Shown here piece by piece: positions 13,922-32,871 of a stretch of DNA of 64,000 nt. The position numbers and the translations under genes are program-made. The DNA is from Bugula neritina. Taxonomy: Eukaryota > Animalia > Bryozoa. Below the pieces are notes generated by a model. That model was not told the DNA's origin, made no database searches, and saw only the letters and a list, made by a program, of their open reading frames with translations. Position 1 is the first letter of the stretch. Each line of letters opens with the position of its first letter. The stretch is from NCBI GenBank assembly GCA_964035545.1, contig OZ037767.1:12943801-13007800 (forward strand), given 5' to 3'.

Positions 13922-15649
13922 TCTCACTCACCAAGTAGTGTTTCCCTCCGTTGTGACTGGTCAAAGAGACGGATGCTTGAGCACTTACATCATAGTAAAA
14001 ATCAGAATGCTAAAACACAATATACAGAGTAGAAACTGCTTCATGTTTAGAATGCTCTTGGCTAATTACTTTTCTCAGCAATATTATCTGTTATAATAAA
14101 AATTGCTAATCATACAAGGTGCATTACTCTGTCATTAAAGACTATGAAACATAAACTTTCTAGAAAAAAGCCAACTGAAATATTTCTTAGGTAAGAACTA
14201 TAATAAGTCTAGTGCATAAAAATAAGTATAAGACCGATTCTTTACAAAATTGATTTTTTATAAATACAAAACAGACTTACTTGTAGATTGGCTTTAGATG
14301 CTTGGTAAGGTTTTCCAGAGCTATCAGTCTTAAATATTGGTATTGTCTGATCAACAGCTCTATTCTTGAATAATCTCAGAGACACATTCATAAGGGGCTG
14401 ATCCCCTTTAGCAGACTCTTCTCCTCGCCAGGTCAAAGTTAACGTAAACTCTTCCGGTCTTTTAGAGGAGGCCGAAGGTAGGTCTGAATGTTGAGCTACC
14501 CATTCTACAAAACAGAACAATGACAAAAAAGTACTAACTTTCTATTATACTTAATCAATCTCTTTGACTAGCTACGCTAGATAAAGAAGACGGTGTCATT
14601 TCAGTTAGAGTAGGGCCACACGATATGGACTTTCTGCATGTAAATACAAATGTTTGAAAATTGGTTGCCGGAACAACCTGACACACAAAGTGAGTTAGCA
14701 TAGGGTGTGGAAATTTATTAGCTAATGATGTTAGCATTAAGCTTTACTCCTCACCTACAGGCATTTGTTTTTAAACTTAAGTCATCGTCAAGGTGACTTT
14801 ACATATTATAAAAGTGAAAATGTAATTTTCAAGAACATTATTAATTTAGTTTGCTAGTTAGACGTCACTCAAATTAGACAACCCTTAAGTTAAAAGACTT
14901 CAAATATTAAAAGGTTGTTATTTGCAATTCTGCAGTTGAACAACACCAAATATCGCTCTCAAATATATTACTAAAATCTGTGCTGATGATCATTATATTT
15001 AAATATGTCAGACTACTTCAAATTTCAAAATCTTTACCTGCAACAAAAAATGCTTTTAAAAAAACTTTCTATTACAGGAGTTACTATATAGTTGAAAAAT
15101 TTGTTGAAAACTATAAAATATGTGCACTATTTTATTAAGCAGACAAGGAATTTTATTTTAAAATATAGAACATTATGGCAGTGCACTAGCTAGTGGTGAA
15201 AATGCTAGCTTAGTAATCAAAAGGTGGGTGGTTCGATCCGAGTAAAGACCATTGGTGACGTTAATAGGGAATATAGTCATAATTGCTTCTTGGAATCAAT
15301 AGAACGCAAGTCTTTGGGTCACTTTAATAAACTTCTCCACCAAAGGTTCTCCCAGGGAGATGACTATAAGCTTGTGTGAGTTTACTACATTATGAAACTT
15401 TGCTAATTAATTGTCCATATTAGGCTTTTTATGCCACTAAAATTAATTATGTAACATTTTAAAAATTTCTACTATAATTTTAAAATTATATATCCAACAT
15501 GAAATACATCAGATAAACCTTTTTAACATTTTTTGCATGAAAACAAAATAAATACTATATTTGTTTTAAACTTATGTACCCATACCTGATGTGGTGGTGC
15601 TTGCCAGGTAAAAACTGATTACAATTACTAAAATCTGTCTCGGAGCCAT
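4647..15649 (-). CDS. ADAMTS-like (M12B reprolysin) secreted zinc metalloprotease, 3'-incomplete; exons 15586-15649, 14281-14504, 13932-14009, 12542-12689, 11006-11174, 10792-10876, 8006-8101, 7465-7610, 6684-6815, 5604-5768, 4647-4788
   Basis: All 11 exons have GT-AG boundaries and consistent phases with no stops. Signal peptide MAPRQILVIVISFYLAS; prodomain; furin site RVKR; YIVQIYLVVD; LDAFTSW..DHYMLVT; zinc motif HELGHNLGASHD split across exons 9/10; Met-turn YVMAP; WKFSTCS; ADAMTS disintegrin-like start GQTFDADEQCRQEFG. Confidence 0.9.
5205..5570. repeat. 13-bp minisatellite (ggctacagagcca-like) in metalloprotease intron
   Basis: About 28 tandem degenerate units such as gggttacagagcc, gggctacagagca and aggctaaagagct. 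Confidence 0.9.
7644..7714. repeat. Perfect inverted repeat (35-bp arms, 1-nt spacer)
   Basis: cagattttgtttgagaaactgcagtattgaaaata-t-tattttcaatactgcagtttctcaaacaaaatctg. Confidence 0.95.
8321..9766 (+). mobile_element. 5'-truncated RTE-clade LINE (reverse transcriptase), degraded
   Basis: NYRGISL, VDFTKAFD, NGVKQGCVLA, RELMFVDD, LRWAGH and GRPRLRYKD motifs. (GAT)n 3' tail. 12-bp target-site duplication acactttgattt at 8309-8320 and 9767-9778. Confidence 0.92.
10261..10534. mobile_element. MITE with imperfect terminal inverted repeats
   Basis: ccccgtagacacacattgccgca ... tgcggcaaagtgtgtttcagggg, flanked by tta on both sides; an inner tgtcagccattt/aaatggctgaca pair as well. Confidence 0.7.
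11385..11565. repeat. Diverged dispersed repeat, direct copy at about 14945-15140
   Basis: Shared blocks tgtgc(a/t)gatgat..atttaaatat and ttgttgaaa..tatg..cac.atttt. Confidence 0.45.
12401..12483. mobile_element. Tiny hAT-type MITE
   Basis: TIRs cagaggtgtc / gacatccctg. 8-bp TSD atctaaat / atctaagt (1 mismatch), the length typical of hAT elements. Confidence 0.65.
15177..15385 (+). mobile_element. tRNA-derived SINE family copy
   Basis: A-box-like tagctagtgg and B-box ggttcgatcc, followed by aaagaccattggtga..gactataagcttg, shared with 18011, 36893 and 51470. Confidence 0.7.
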
Positions 15650-16138
15650 GATGACGCTATCAATTGTGGGTTTGTTATAAATGATGGGATTGTGACCGCT
15701 AGTTTAATTACATGACAGAAAATTAAGCAGCAGGTTATTGACCAGTGGTGATCAAGTGTTAAACCTTGAGGTAGCGACTCAAAACCTTTTCATTTGATAT
15801 ATTATTCTGTATTGTAATTCAAATGAAAAGATTCGTGATACACTGAGAAAGCATATAACAACTGAAATCAAAGACTGTCGCCCGTTCAAACAATGCTATG
15901 TAAATTAAGTGTGCTGTAACATTAAATCAATTTATTCAAAGACATAATATACCACTTGATATTGACTCTTAGAAAACAAAAAATCCTCATGGCTTCATGA
16001 CTGAATTTTATGAAGTTTATACAAGTCAAGGTACTAAAGTTGCCTGTTCGCATTTCAATCAATATAAATTCTAAATATACATTAGTTCGTACCAGATAAA
16101 TCATAGCATATATATACACATTATATACACACATTATA

Positions 16139-16194
<56 letters not shown>

Positions 16195-16246
16195 ATATAT
16201 TTATATTTATATATATAAATATATAAATATATCACATTGCAGAAAG

Positions 16247-16600
16247 TGTTGATTGAAAAATTGAGTGATTGAAATAGAAAAAACAAGTTTTTTATTTGAT
16301 TTGCAAGTGGATGGTGAGAACAATTAAAATACTCATTGTATTGTTTCTATAAATCAAGAGCATACAGAGTGGTAATTAAAGGCTAGCTCTGTTGTAGGCT
16401 TCATCTTCAAAGAAGATTGTTAATAGCTAGTCTCAAAAAGAACTTGATGAGTTTTATCTCATAAAAATAATTATACTCGGTAATTCAAAAGTTTTATTTT
16501 TATTACTTTGAAATTCAATGCAAAAGCAACCTTGACATATAATTGAAAAAAGTTTAAATTTTGGGATGCAGCGTTATGGGAACTATGTCATATAATTTTA
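16247..16600. repeat. Dispersed repeat, inverted copy of 4150-4505
   Basis: Reverse-complement alignment by eye. Confidence 0.75.
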
Positions 16601-17614
16601 CGTAACTCTGTATAACAATTGATATTTCTAATTACATTCTTGTTTTCCGATGTTGTACCTGAGTGGTCTTGTAGCTGTCTGATTTAAATAAACATTAACT
16701 TCAACCTTCTTTCATGCATATATTATAAAGATTTTCTTATTTATAAGATTTGAATAAATGAACTATTTGTTTAACTGATTATTTCAAATAATATTAGTTA
16801 GCATTATTATTACTATTAATCAAATGAACTGCTAATGTTGATGTATGTTGGTTTTACCCAGTAGTCCCAGTGGAGTAATATAGTTAGTGCAGGCGCTTAC
16901 AAAGGGGGGGGTCTTAGGGTTTGAATACAAATAGAGGCAATTATTTTTTAAGCTACTTCAGCTTTCAGTGAAGTAGAGTTCTTGTGAAATGGGTTGGATG
17001 TAGTGTTGTGATTACCCAGTCACAGTAAGGATAAAAACTACATTTGAGTTTTTCAGCTGTAATGCAGGTGGCAATTTTTACAGAAGTGTAGACTAATAGA
17101 ATGTGCTGGCTGCAAAAAAGTTTTATAAAAATGCTGTCACTTTTAATTTTATGTGAACTTTCAGCTCACAGCTTTTCTCAAGCTCCTATATGTCTCTGAT
17201 TTAATTCAGCGTCTGGCATAAGAACAATAATTGTACATTTCTAACAAAGTGTTGTGATTGCTTGAAGCCTGTGAAATTTGCATCTCCTCGTCTTATTGTA
17301 AGCTTTGAAAGTTGTGAATTTAATCTTACTCTCTTTAATTGTTGATCTTGCTTTCCGAAAATTGTCCATTTGGGAATTTATGAGGAACAATATTCACCAA
17401 CTCAGCTCTGATATGTGCAACAGCAAGAGCCGTAGATTCCACTAGGTCATCTACTGTAGCAGCAATGTGTTTTGCAACTTGTCCTACACATGAGAAACCT
17501 TGGTTTGGACCAAATTGTCTTTACGGAGATAAGAATACTCTGTGTTTATAGCACTAAATGCAGGCAGCTGTGCTGTAAATGCTGGGTTATGTTGCGGAAG
17601 TTGCTGTGATATGA

Positions 17615-18475
17615 ATGGAGCAGACAAGTACACCCTCTACAATAACTACCACCAGCTCTGCTACTAGCCCTACCACCCCTACCAGTACTATTGCTTCCAG
17701 TTCTACCCCTACTACTGCTACTGCTACTACTATTACTGCTCAAGCTTAGAAAAGGAAGCTGAACAAACCTGTTTTCAGTTTCTACGAATTTATTTCATTT
17801 ACATGCCAGTATTTTGCTTTCGATGATTCTGCGCTACAGGGTACATCTTCAAAAACCTGCCAGACTTTCTACGCAAGTCTCACCGGAATGTTTCACCTAA
17901 CTAGTTTACTAAAAATCATAATACTGTAGTTGGTGATTTGCACAAAAGTGTACACATATACAGTTTATGCATTGCTAACGATTATATAGTTGTATTAGTG
18001 TCCTACAAAAGGGAGAAGCTCTGGTCTACGGGTTAGAGTGTTTGCTTAATAAACACAAGCCATGGGTTTGAACCCTGACAAAGACCATTGGTGATGTTAG
18101 ATAGAACATCCAGTGATAACTGCTCTTGTGCCCCGTCTAAATGAATCCTTAGCCTGATTTAGTAAGAACTTTTTTCCATCAGGGGTTTCTTACAGGACTG
18201 GCGACTATGAACTTGGGTGCGTCTCACAAAACAGTTATATATTCATGTAGTTGGTGGTGTATGTTTGTGCAGTTGGTCGTGTGTGTCAGCAAACAAACAG
18301 CTGTGACCAAAGTCAGCAAATGTGGCATTTTCCAAATTTTATGCGGCAGCTTTATTGTAAACACTACTATCGCTGTTAAGGAGAAAGATGACAATGGTGT
18401 CACTCCCTCCTTACCAGCCAACACTGAGAAGTTCATTCGGCATATCTTGGCCATCACCAGCGACCCTACTCTTGG
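17615..18475 (+). pseudogene. Decayed mucin-like fragments (PTS stretch + SEA-like pieces)
   Basis: QTSTPSTITTTSSATSPTTPTSTIASSSTPTT (17620-17745). After ttttcag: FYEFISFTCQYFAFDDSALQGTSSKTCQTFYASLTGM. Then CGSFIVNTTIAV..TSDPTL ending at a gttag donor. Splice sites and frames are damaged. Confidence 0.45.
18011..18225 (+). mobile_element. tRNA-derived SINE family copy
   Basis: ggtctacgggttagagtg..gggtttgaacc..aaagaccattggtgatg. Confidence 0.7.
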
Positions 18476-19031
18476 TTAGATGTTGTGTCATATTATTATA
18501 GCATTATTTTCTAGACTTTGTCACTGGCTTTCTATACATCAAGAAGCAATGACATGGCTATACATGTGACATCTAAGCGTTGCAAGGGAGATTCCAATAC
18601 ACTTGCTATATTATTTTAACTGTAACATAAAGTTGACACTTTTTTCACATTGGTTGACTTCTAATTTGTGATTTTCCATTAATGAACAATCATTATGTTT
18701 AAATTGCTTAAATTTGTGATATTTGCCTGCTAGTAGTCTACAAAGGTTTTGATGTTTCTGTAATATCTAATGTGAACTCCGGTTTGCTTTACTTTGAAAT
18801 AAATATATGACGAAATGCAAGCATTATTACCTTAACCTTGAAGTTTGTAGAACAAGGTGGTCTTCCTTCGACTACAGCTTTCTATGTCTAGAAATCACAT
18901 CTTCTAGTTGATAATCCAGATTAGAACTTGAAGCTATGAATATGATAAGATTATATTTTATAAAATATGGTTCTATATTTGCTGTTGATAAAAGAAATTT
19001 TGCAAGAGTTGTGTCCCCATGCACATCTCAC

Positions 19032-19402
19032 TGTAAGGAGTTGTGCTCTAGTGTACATTGAAAGGACAGCTCTCCTGCTAGTTTTCTGTTATCATAATGC
19101 GTAGCGTCTCTCATACACTCGGACTAACAGTGTCTGCATTACTATACTACCAGCGTACGCTCTGAACAAAGAAGGTGACTAACTAGTTTAATCTAGTTGA
19201 TTTATAGCGCCTTGGATAGCGAGCAGTTGGACAATAGCGTTAATTTAGATAGGTTGTATTATACTGTCTGCAATTATGTAATGTACTTTTATTATTTGTG
19301 TATAGTTTTACTCTTGTATTTTTTGAGTTATCCTACTCTAACTTGGCAGTGTTGCATTAACTTTAAATACCTAATAATTAGTGAATGTGTAAATTCACAA
19401 CC
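19032..19402 (+). mobile_element. Solo LTR related to the Gypsy LTRs
   Basis: Starts TGTAAGG and ends aaattcacaacc. Internal blocks (gcgtctctcatacactcgg, gtacgctctgaac) match the LTR at 3659-4142. Confidence 0.7.
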
Positions 19403-20088
19403 TTATAAAATAAATTGTATACATGTTTTTGTTTTGTATTATAATAAACAAACTGGAAATGTTAAAACATGTCAAACATATTATTTTTGTATATAATAAG
19501 CGCCAGCACTCCAAAAGCTAGAAATTAATACAGTAATCTTGTTTAGAATGTATGATATGCAAATAGGTTTTTGTTATGCTTAAAACTACTCAAATCCTCA
19601 TGCGTGTATCTGTCGCATAAGAATAACATACTATAAATTATTTCAATACTGTAGTTAAAACAAAAACTTGATAAAAACTAAAAATTTTAATGTTTAATAT
19701 TGCTAGATCTGCTAAAACAAATGTTATTGAATTTTATTTACAGCTGTTTGTAGCATCACTTAGCAGTGACAAAGCGTATATTCGAATAAACCACACGCAG
19801 GAGTTTGTGAAATTACAGACTTTTGTCAATTAATTATAGATGTATGAAAGCATAAGACATCGCAAAATAAGTTTGTTTTTTTAATATGATCTAAATATCA
19901 CTATTTATTAGAAAATTCTAATTAGCAAGAAAGGCAGTCTTATATATAAAAAATACATACCAGTATAAATATGTGCGCATACATGTGTATGTTTGTTTGT
20001 GTGAGTATTAAAACTATAAGCAATTTACATTAAAAATTAGCTAATTATAAAGTGGGTTAATGATATGTCCTTTCTGGGTATTCAAATG

Positions 20089-20756
20089 TCAATAATTAAT
20101 ACTCTGTTTATCGATGGCGTAGGTTAGAGGTTGATGAACTCGTTTACCAGTAAGTTGAGGATTCATAAATGAAGTTTGGTTAAATCTTTCATAAGGTGGC
20201 TGTGAAGTGGCTTTTTCTTTGAGCTTGGACTTTTTGCAACACACACGCAGGTCATAATGACAATTGTTGCAACTACTAACAGTGTCGCTACTCCAATTAC
20301 CACATACACCCAGTGATGGCAAAACTCTAGAAAATATAAGTAACAATATTATGTTTTTTTTTATATTATAATAATAAAATAATGGAAATATAGAATCTCA
20401 ATACTACAATGTGTTGAGGTGTATGTGTGTTGGTGAGTCATTATAATAATATTTAACCTATAATATAAAATATAAAACTTTTTTGCCCCCACTAGGATCT
20501 AAGCCCAAGACCTCTGGCTTGCAAGTAGGTGGGTTAACCATTGCACCACAGGGGCCACTGGGTAATCTCAAAGCTGTATGCAACTTTTTTATGGCTGATT
20601 TAGAGAGAAGAGCATATGCAATGTATTCTGTGGAAAGCAACTTAGAATGATGAAAGAATTGAAATGCAAGATGACTGCTTGCCCTCACAGATGCAATTTG
20701 GCTCATCTCCAGCTACTTCCTTACAAACTTGAGTTGTTGGACATGCCAAGCAATCA
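20089..20756 (-). pseudogene. Orphan EGF-like exon (about 20683-20756) and transmembrane/tail exon (20326 to 20163 or 20089)
   Basis: DCLACPTTQVCKEVAGDEPNCICE, then after tttctag: EFCHHWVYVVIGVATLLVVATIVIMTCVC (TM helix). A 2-nt slip in a (GT) run would restore CKKSKLK and a longer tail. Confidence 0.55.
20484..20556 (-). pseudogene. Degenerate tRNA-like sequence (tRNA pseudogene or SINE head)
   Basis: GCCCCTG/TGGGGGC acceptor stem, TGGTGCAATGG A-box, CTTGCAA loop and a damaged T-loop (GGCTTAGATCC). The anticodon stem does not pair. Confidence 0.45.
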
Positions 20757-21131
20757 CTTGATGGTAGATATGATATTAATATGCGATAAGTACAAATGAT
20801 TTTCTTGGAGGTTTTTATCGCTATGAATTGTGAAAAATGAGAGTTTTTATTTTATGGCTGAATTTGACTTTTTGACAACCTGTTGAGATCTTTTAACAAA
20901 AATTTGTCAATTTGCTAAAAAAAGCTATTACTTTTTTAAAATCTAGATTTATTTTCAATGGGTTGCTATTTTGAAAAATACTGCAGATGTTGGTAATGCT
21001 AATATTTTCTTCTCACCATCTCTATCTGGACATGCAGAACCATATGTAGCTCACATGCTTCTATCAATGGTAATTTGTGAATAAACAAAATTTATTACTC
21101 AGATCAATAGTTGAAGTGTCGATAGTAATAT

Positions 21132-21549
21132 TGTAGTAAATTTCGCAATTCACTATATTATGTGGGTCGACTTAAACAAAGCTACTACACCAGGTTATTT
21201 GCGTTATGATAAGTTTATTATTTACAAGGTACAAGAAATTCTAACTACTGCTAACATGAATTGAAATGATTACATAATAAGTGAGCCTTTACACACAACT
21301 ACTCTAAATGAAGTCCCAAGCTGCTCTGCCCGGCTAGCTACTCAGCGCACTTCCACTACAAGTAGCTAGCCCCACCTGCTACCAATTAGCATGCCAGTCC
21401 TGATTGGTTGTTACTAGTGGTGCCCCTGTCGACCATAGATACAAGTCGCTGGAGGTCGATGCAGTCAATCTCCACAATAACATACAATATAGAGTCGACC
21501 CTTTCGATATAATAACTAACAATTAATTGCACTACTGAAATCCATTACA
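21132..21549 (-). mobile_element. 3' LTR of second Gypsy element
   Basis: TGTAATGG...TTTACTACA on the minus strand, preceded by the purine-rich PPT-like GATAGGTGTGGCGAG. Its U5 end resembles 3659-3720. Confidence 0.75.
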
Positions 21550-24500
21550 CTCGCCACACCTATCAAAAGGTACACTCTATGATTAATGCTTGTACAATAA
21601 CAAAAAGATAAAAAGATTGGAAACAACATAGGGTTATATAAAACTAGAGATAACAAAAACTAGAAAAAGAATATATAATACAGAATAGTATACGTAGAAT
21701 AATCGAGTCTTTACTCGCATAGTCAGTAACACTTATCTATTTACATCGTGACACACAGTCTCAATGGGGGGAACCGCTTCTCTGTCACTCCCTGGCCAGT
21801 CGTCTCTCCAGTCGGGTCCAGCTCAGTGGCCGCTCGCTTCTGTTCTTTACTGAGGCGAGCCATACGCCGCTGTAGTTTCTTGATGTCGGCTAGTAAGGAC
21901 TGGTCAGGGCCGATGTCATCTCGGGGTGTATTGCTAGCATCCTTCCTTATCCTGTGGGTGCGTTGGGATACATAAGAGATCGTCGTAGTCGGGAGTTGTG
22001 GGTCGTCTGCTACCGTGCGTCCAGCACGGGTCACAATAACACGGAGGGGTTGGGTAGTTACGTCGGAAGTGTATGTCGTCGTTGTCTCGGTGGGTTGGGG
22101 GTCTGCATCGGAGTCACTCTCTACTGTTGGTCGGGTAGCGGGGAAGTCGGGGTCGTCAGGTTACTTTGCTAGTCGTCCCTCGAGTCTCGTATGCAGTTTA
22201 GTCACTTCAGCAGCCACCTGTTCCTGTTCTTTACAGAGACGAGCCATCGTCGCTGTAGCTTCTTTACATCCGTCAACAGGGACTGGTCGGGGCTAGTGTT
22301 TTGGTTAATCGAGCCATGGGTACTCTTCCTCTTCTACGGTCGGAGGGGGGGGGGTGGCTGCGTGACGGTAGGATCTATCTTCTAGTTCCTCAACCTTGAA
22401 CAGTCTCACCCGCAACAGAATGCCAGAACTGTTGAAGGGGTTTTCACCTAGTCAGTACGACACCTCGACTGAGTCTCGCAGTGTACTAACCACTGATTAT
22501 TATTAAATCACGCGGTCGACTGCCTCACTCAAGTCGTCAGTGAAATTACCTGACTTGGGAAACCAGCTTTATCGTTATGATAAAGCGAGACTGATTTAAA
22601 GCTACCAGCTTTAAATCTACTCAAATAATAGAATTATACTAATAGACTTACCATAAGGCAGCCATGACATTAGTCTGCTGCCCACTTAGGCTTTGTAGTA
22701 CGCCAGCCTGCCGGGTACAGGCGTGCACGTTGGCAGTTGAAATAGAAAAGAACGCTTTTCGCAGTGAAAGTGATTACATGATACCTCCTTCATTAGCGAG
22801 CTGACTGCGCTCTTTCCTTTACCTCGCCCCCCAGACTTCTTTTGCAGCTGTCGACACGCTACAAGATACGGTACGTGTCGATCAAGTCGCACAAGAAGTC
22901 TCTCAAATAAGATGGTGGCGCCCTGGTACGTTGGCTACGTTCCAACGGTACCGGGGAATTTGCTGTGACTGGTGACTCTTCCACCACGGGTGGTGTCGCC
23001 AGTACGGGGGGTCCACCAGTACGGGTGGTCTTACCCCAGCTGCCTCTTCCTCATGATTTTCAGGAATTTCTATCTCATCCGGGGCGATGGGCCTGTCGAC
23101 TGGCTCCACAGGTGGTGGGGCCGGCTCAGACAGGTCTTCTGGTGTGTTGGCCTCCTCCTCCTGGGGTGGTGGTGGCCGGGGCGGGTCGGGTGGCGCGTCG
23201 GCCGCCCTGTCCTGATCTTGCAGTATCGCAACTCCTTGTCTGCTATTGCTGCTCACGTAGCACTTTGTGAGCCGCCCTCATGCGTTTAATGAGCTCGTCC
23301 ACGTAATCATGGAAGTTGCACTCCTGAGCTGGAAAATGATAGGTTAGGTGTTTAGGAACCCGTGTTTCTCTCCCGAGTATGAGAAAATTAAGGGTCTCCA
23401 GTGTGCTGAAGTGAGGGTACTACCGTAGGCTCACATGATTTGCGACAGCAACAAGTTTCACTCTTACCTATTAGCAGGCTTTTCTGCGAGTTGCCTAACA
23501 AACGGTTATGCCGCTCCACAACCCCATTCTCTTGCGGGTGATATGAGGTCGACCGACTTTGGTTAATCTCCCACGCCTTACAGAGATCGCTCATAATATT
23601 CGACTGAAACTGGACGCCTTGATCAGAGTGTATTTGTTCTGGCAAGCCGAAATAACAGAACAGCTGCTGATCGAAAGCCCTGGCCACTGTTGGGGCCAAC
23701 GCATCTGGGATAGCCAGCGCATCAGTCAACCACGTAGAGTGGTCAGTTAACACCAGTATACAGTTATTACCTCTCACAGATGTGGCCATGGGACCCACTA
23801 GATCTACAGCAACTACCGACCGGTATGGAGGCGATGCCTCCCAGTGGTCTCAGTGGAGCGGCCATGTTTGCTAGCTTGGCAAATCTCACAATTCCGCACC
23901 CGGAATCGGACGTCTAGGGTGATACCAGGCCAGTACCATGGAAGCTGCAGACACAGAGTCACCCGTCCAGCTCCAACATGAGTTTGCTTGTAGGTGTCTC
24001 AGATCGACTCCCTACGTAGAGCAAATGGGCAAACAACCCTCTCCCGCTCTTGGTGATTTGCACCGGTAGACAACGTTATTGTTAACAACCCATTACCATT
24101 GGACTGGAGGAAATCCCAGCGGTCATAAAAATATTTGAATTCTGCACACTTGACCCGCTGTTTAGGCTCGCTAGACCGCCGTCCTTCTTTCTTGGCCCGG
24201 ACTAGATCAGCTACCACCCCAGGTAGCGTAGCTTGGAGCCAACACAGCTCCTTGACGTTGCTGAGCAGTGTAGGGTTTGCATGAAGGTTGTTAACAGCTT
24301 CAGTGAAAGGTTCCGACTAGAGTTGTCCTTCTTCCCAGTTGCATATACCTGCTTTTTCAACCTGCTCTTTCACGTCTGAGCGAGGGGATCCACCATCTTT
24401 GTGCTCGATGTTTAGGCATTGTTTACACCCGTCTGCCTGCGGCGGCCTAATTTGTCGGCATTACCGTTTTTCTTACTGGGTCGGTGTTCGAGTCGATATG

Positions 24501-24814
24501 AAAACTCACCCAGGATTTCAAGCCAGTGCGCTATTTGGCTGGATAGCTCAGCTTGTCAACACAGTAATATAAAAGACGCGTAATCTGTTCGTAACCTGAA
24601 TGTGCACCCATACAGATATGGTCTAAAGTGTTTGACCGCCCTGACTACCGCCAGGAGCTCTCTCCTGGTTGTACAGTAGTTCTTTTTAGAAGCCGACAGA
24701 GCTTTTCTATAGTAAGCTACCACCACCTCACGTCCAGCACAGGTCCAACATTGTGGTCACTGATATCGGTGTCCAAAATGTAATCCTTCGCCAGATCAGG
24801 GTACGCCAAGATGG
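21550..24814 (-). mobile_element. 5'-truncated Gypsy internal region: RNase H, integrase, Pro-rich tail and extra 3' ORF remnant
   Basis: Integrase motifs LVLTDH, FGLPEQIHSDQG and YHPQENGVVER (23388-23798). 24160-24814 is a diverged direct copy of 1-680. Confidence 0.92.
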
Positions 24815-24995
24815 TCAGACAGTGGATTAGCTATTGTTAGGTTGTGTACGCTGTAATTATGTAGTGTTTATTGGTTGATGCATAGTTTTACTTGTGTATA
24901 TTTGTATTAAATAAACACGTAATAATCTACTTTAACTTGGCAGTTCTGCATTACTTTAAATACCCAGCAATTAGTGAATGCACAGTTTCACAACA
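24815..24995 (+). mobile_element. LTR 3'-half fragment (same family as 19032-19402)
   Basis: aacttggcagt..tgcatta..ctttaaatacc..attagtgaatg..ttcacaaca matches 19340-19402. Confidence 0.7.
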
Positions 24996-25898
24996 CTATG
25001 ACTAACAAATTATAATGTAATACATAGACCAATGTTTAGTAGGGGTCCAGAGAACTTCTACTTCTGACAACCATTACAATATACTGTAGTTACTTGGTGA
25101 AAAACTCTCAACTCTGACATAACAGTTTGCTTTCTGAGATGAGCTCCAGGTTTAAAAAACTTTGAAAAAGCAGTTTGAAAAGTGAACTTTCCAACTTGTT
25201 TTGTAAACAGGGTATTTATTTAAAACCACAAGAAAGATTACAAAAATTAGCTCAATACTATTTTTTAATTATTAAAAGATAAAAGCAGTTGAATATAGCA
25301 GAATATTTTGCAATTTACTTTGATTATTAAAATGTTCATAAAATATTGATCAACCAATTTACATTAAAAATTTACAAAAATTGTTGTATAAAAAATATAC
25401 TTTAATAAATATTTTTTAAAAATTGATATGCATGACTAACAATGCTATATACAATATTAGTTTCATAAAAAATACAAACTATAAATACTGTTGATTTATG
25501 GCGTATACTACAAAATTCAACATTATGGTGTGTTCGAAAAATGTAAGAAAGGATGTAACAAGAAACATAAAGTAAAGCATGAAAATAGTCATGTTAAATC
25601 ATGGTTGACAAACATTAAATCTCTCTTGAGGCTACGTTAGGCTAAGAAGTCATTTCTCCAAACTTTGTGGCTGGGTTCTGGCTGATACCTACAGTAATAT
25701 ATAAATTGAATACATCTAATGCTGATGACAAGGTTTTTAGTATATATTTATGTGAGTTACTGCATTGTTAAAAACCATAGATGTTTTGTAAAAAAATATC
25801 AAAGCTGTAGCGTTTTTGCTCTAACTAGGCCTACGGTTATTCTGAAGTGAATAAGCTACTAGTTTGTTAAAAGTTGTAACTTATTCACTCACTTTCTG

Positions 25899-32871
<6,973 letters not shown>

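Noticed and set aside
14539-14680. Candidate extra metalloprotease exon
   Set aside because: Stops in the usable frames, and it would need a 34-nt intron. Exon 1 splices in phase directly to 14504.
4150-16600. Inverted repeats flanking the protease exons as a gene-capturing transposon
   Set aside because: The gene continues past the left copy and there is no TSD. Two independent dispersed repeats are the simpler explanation.
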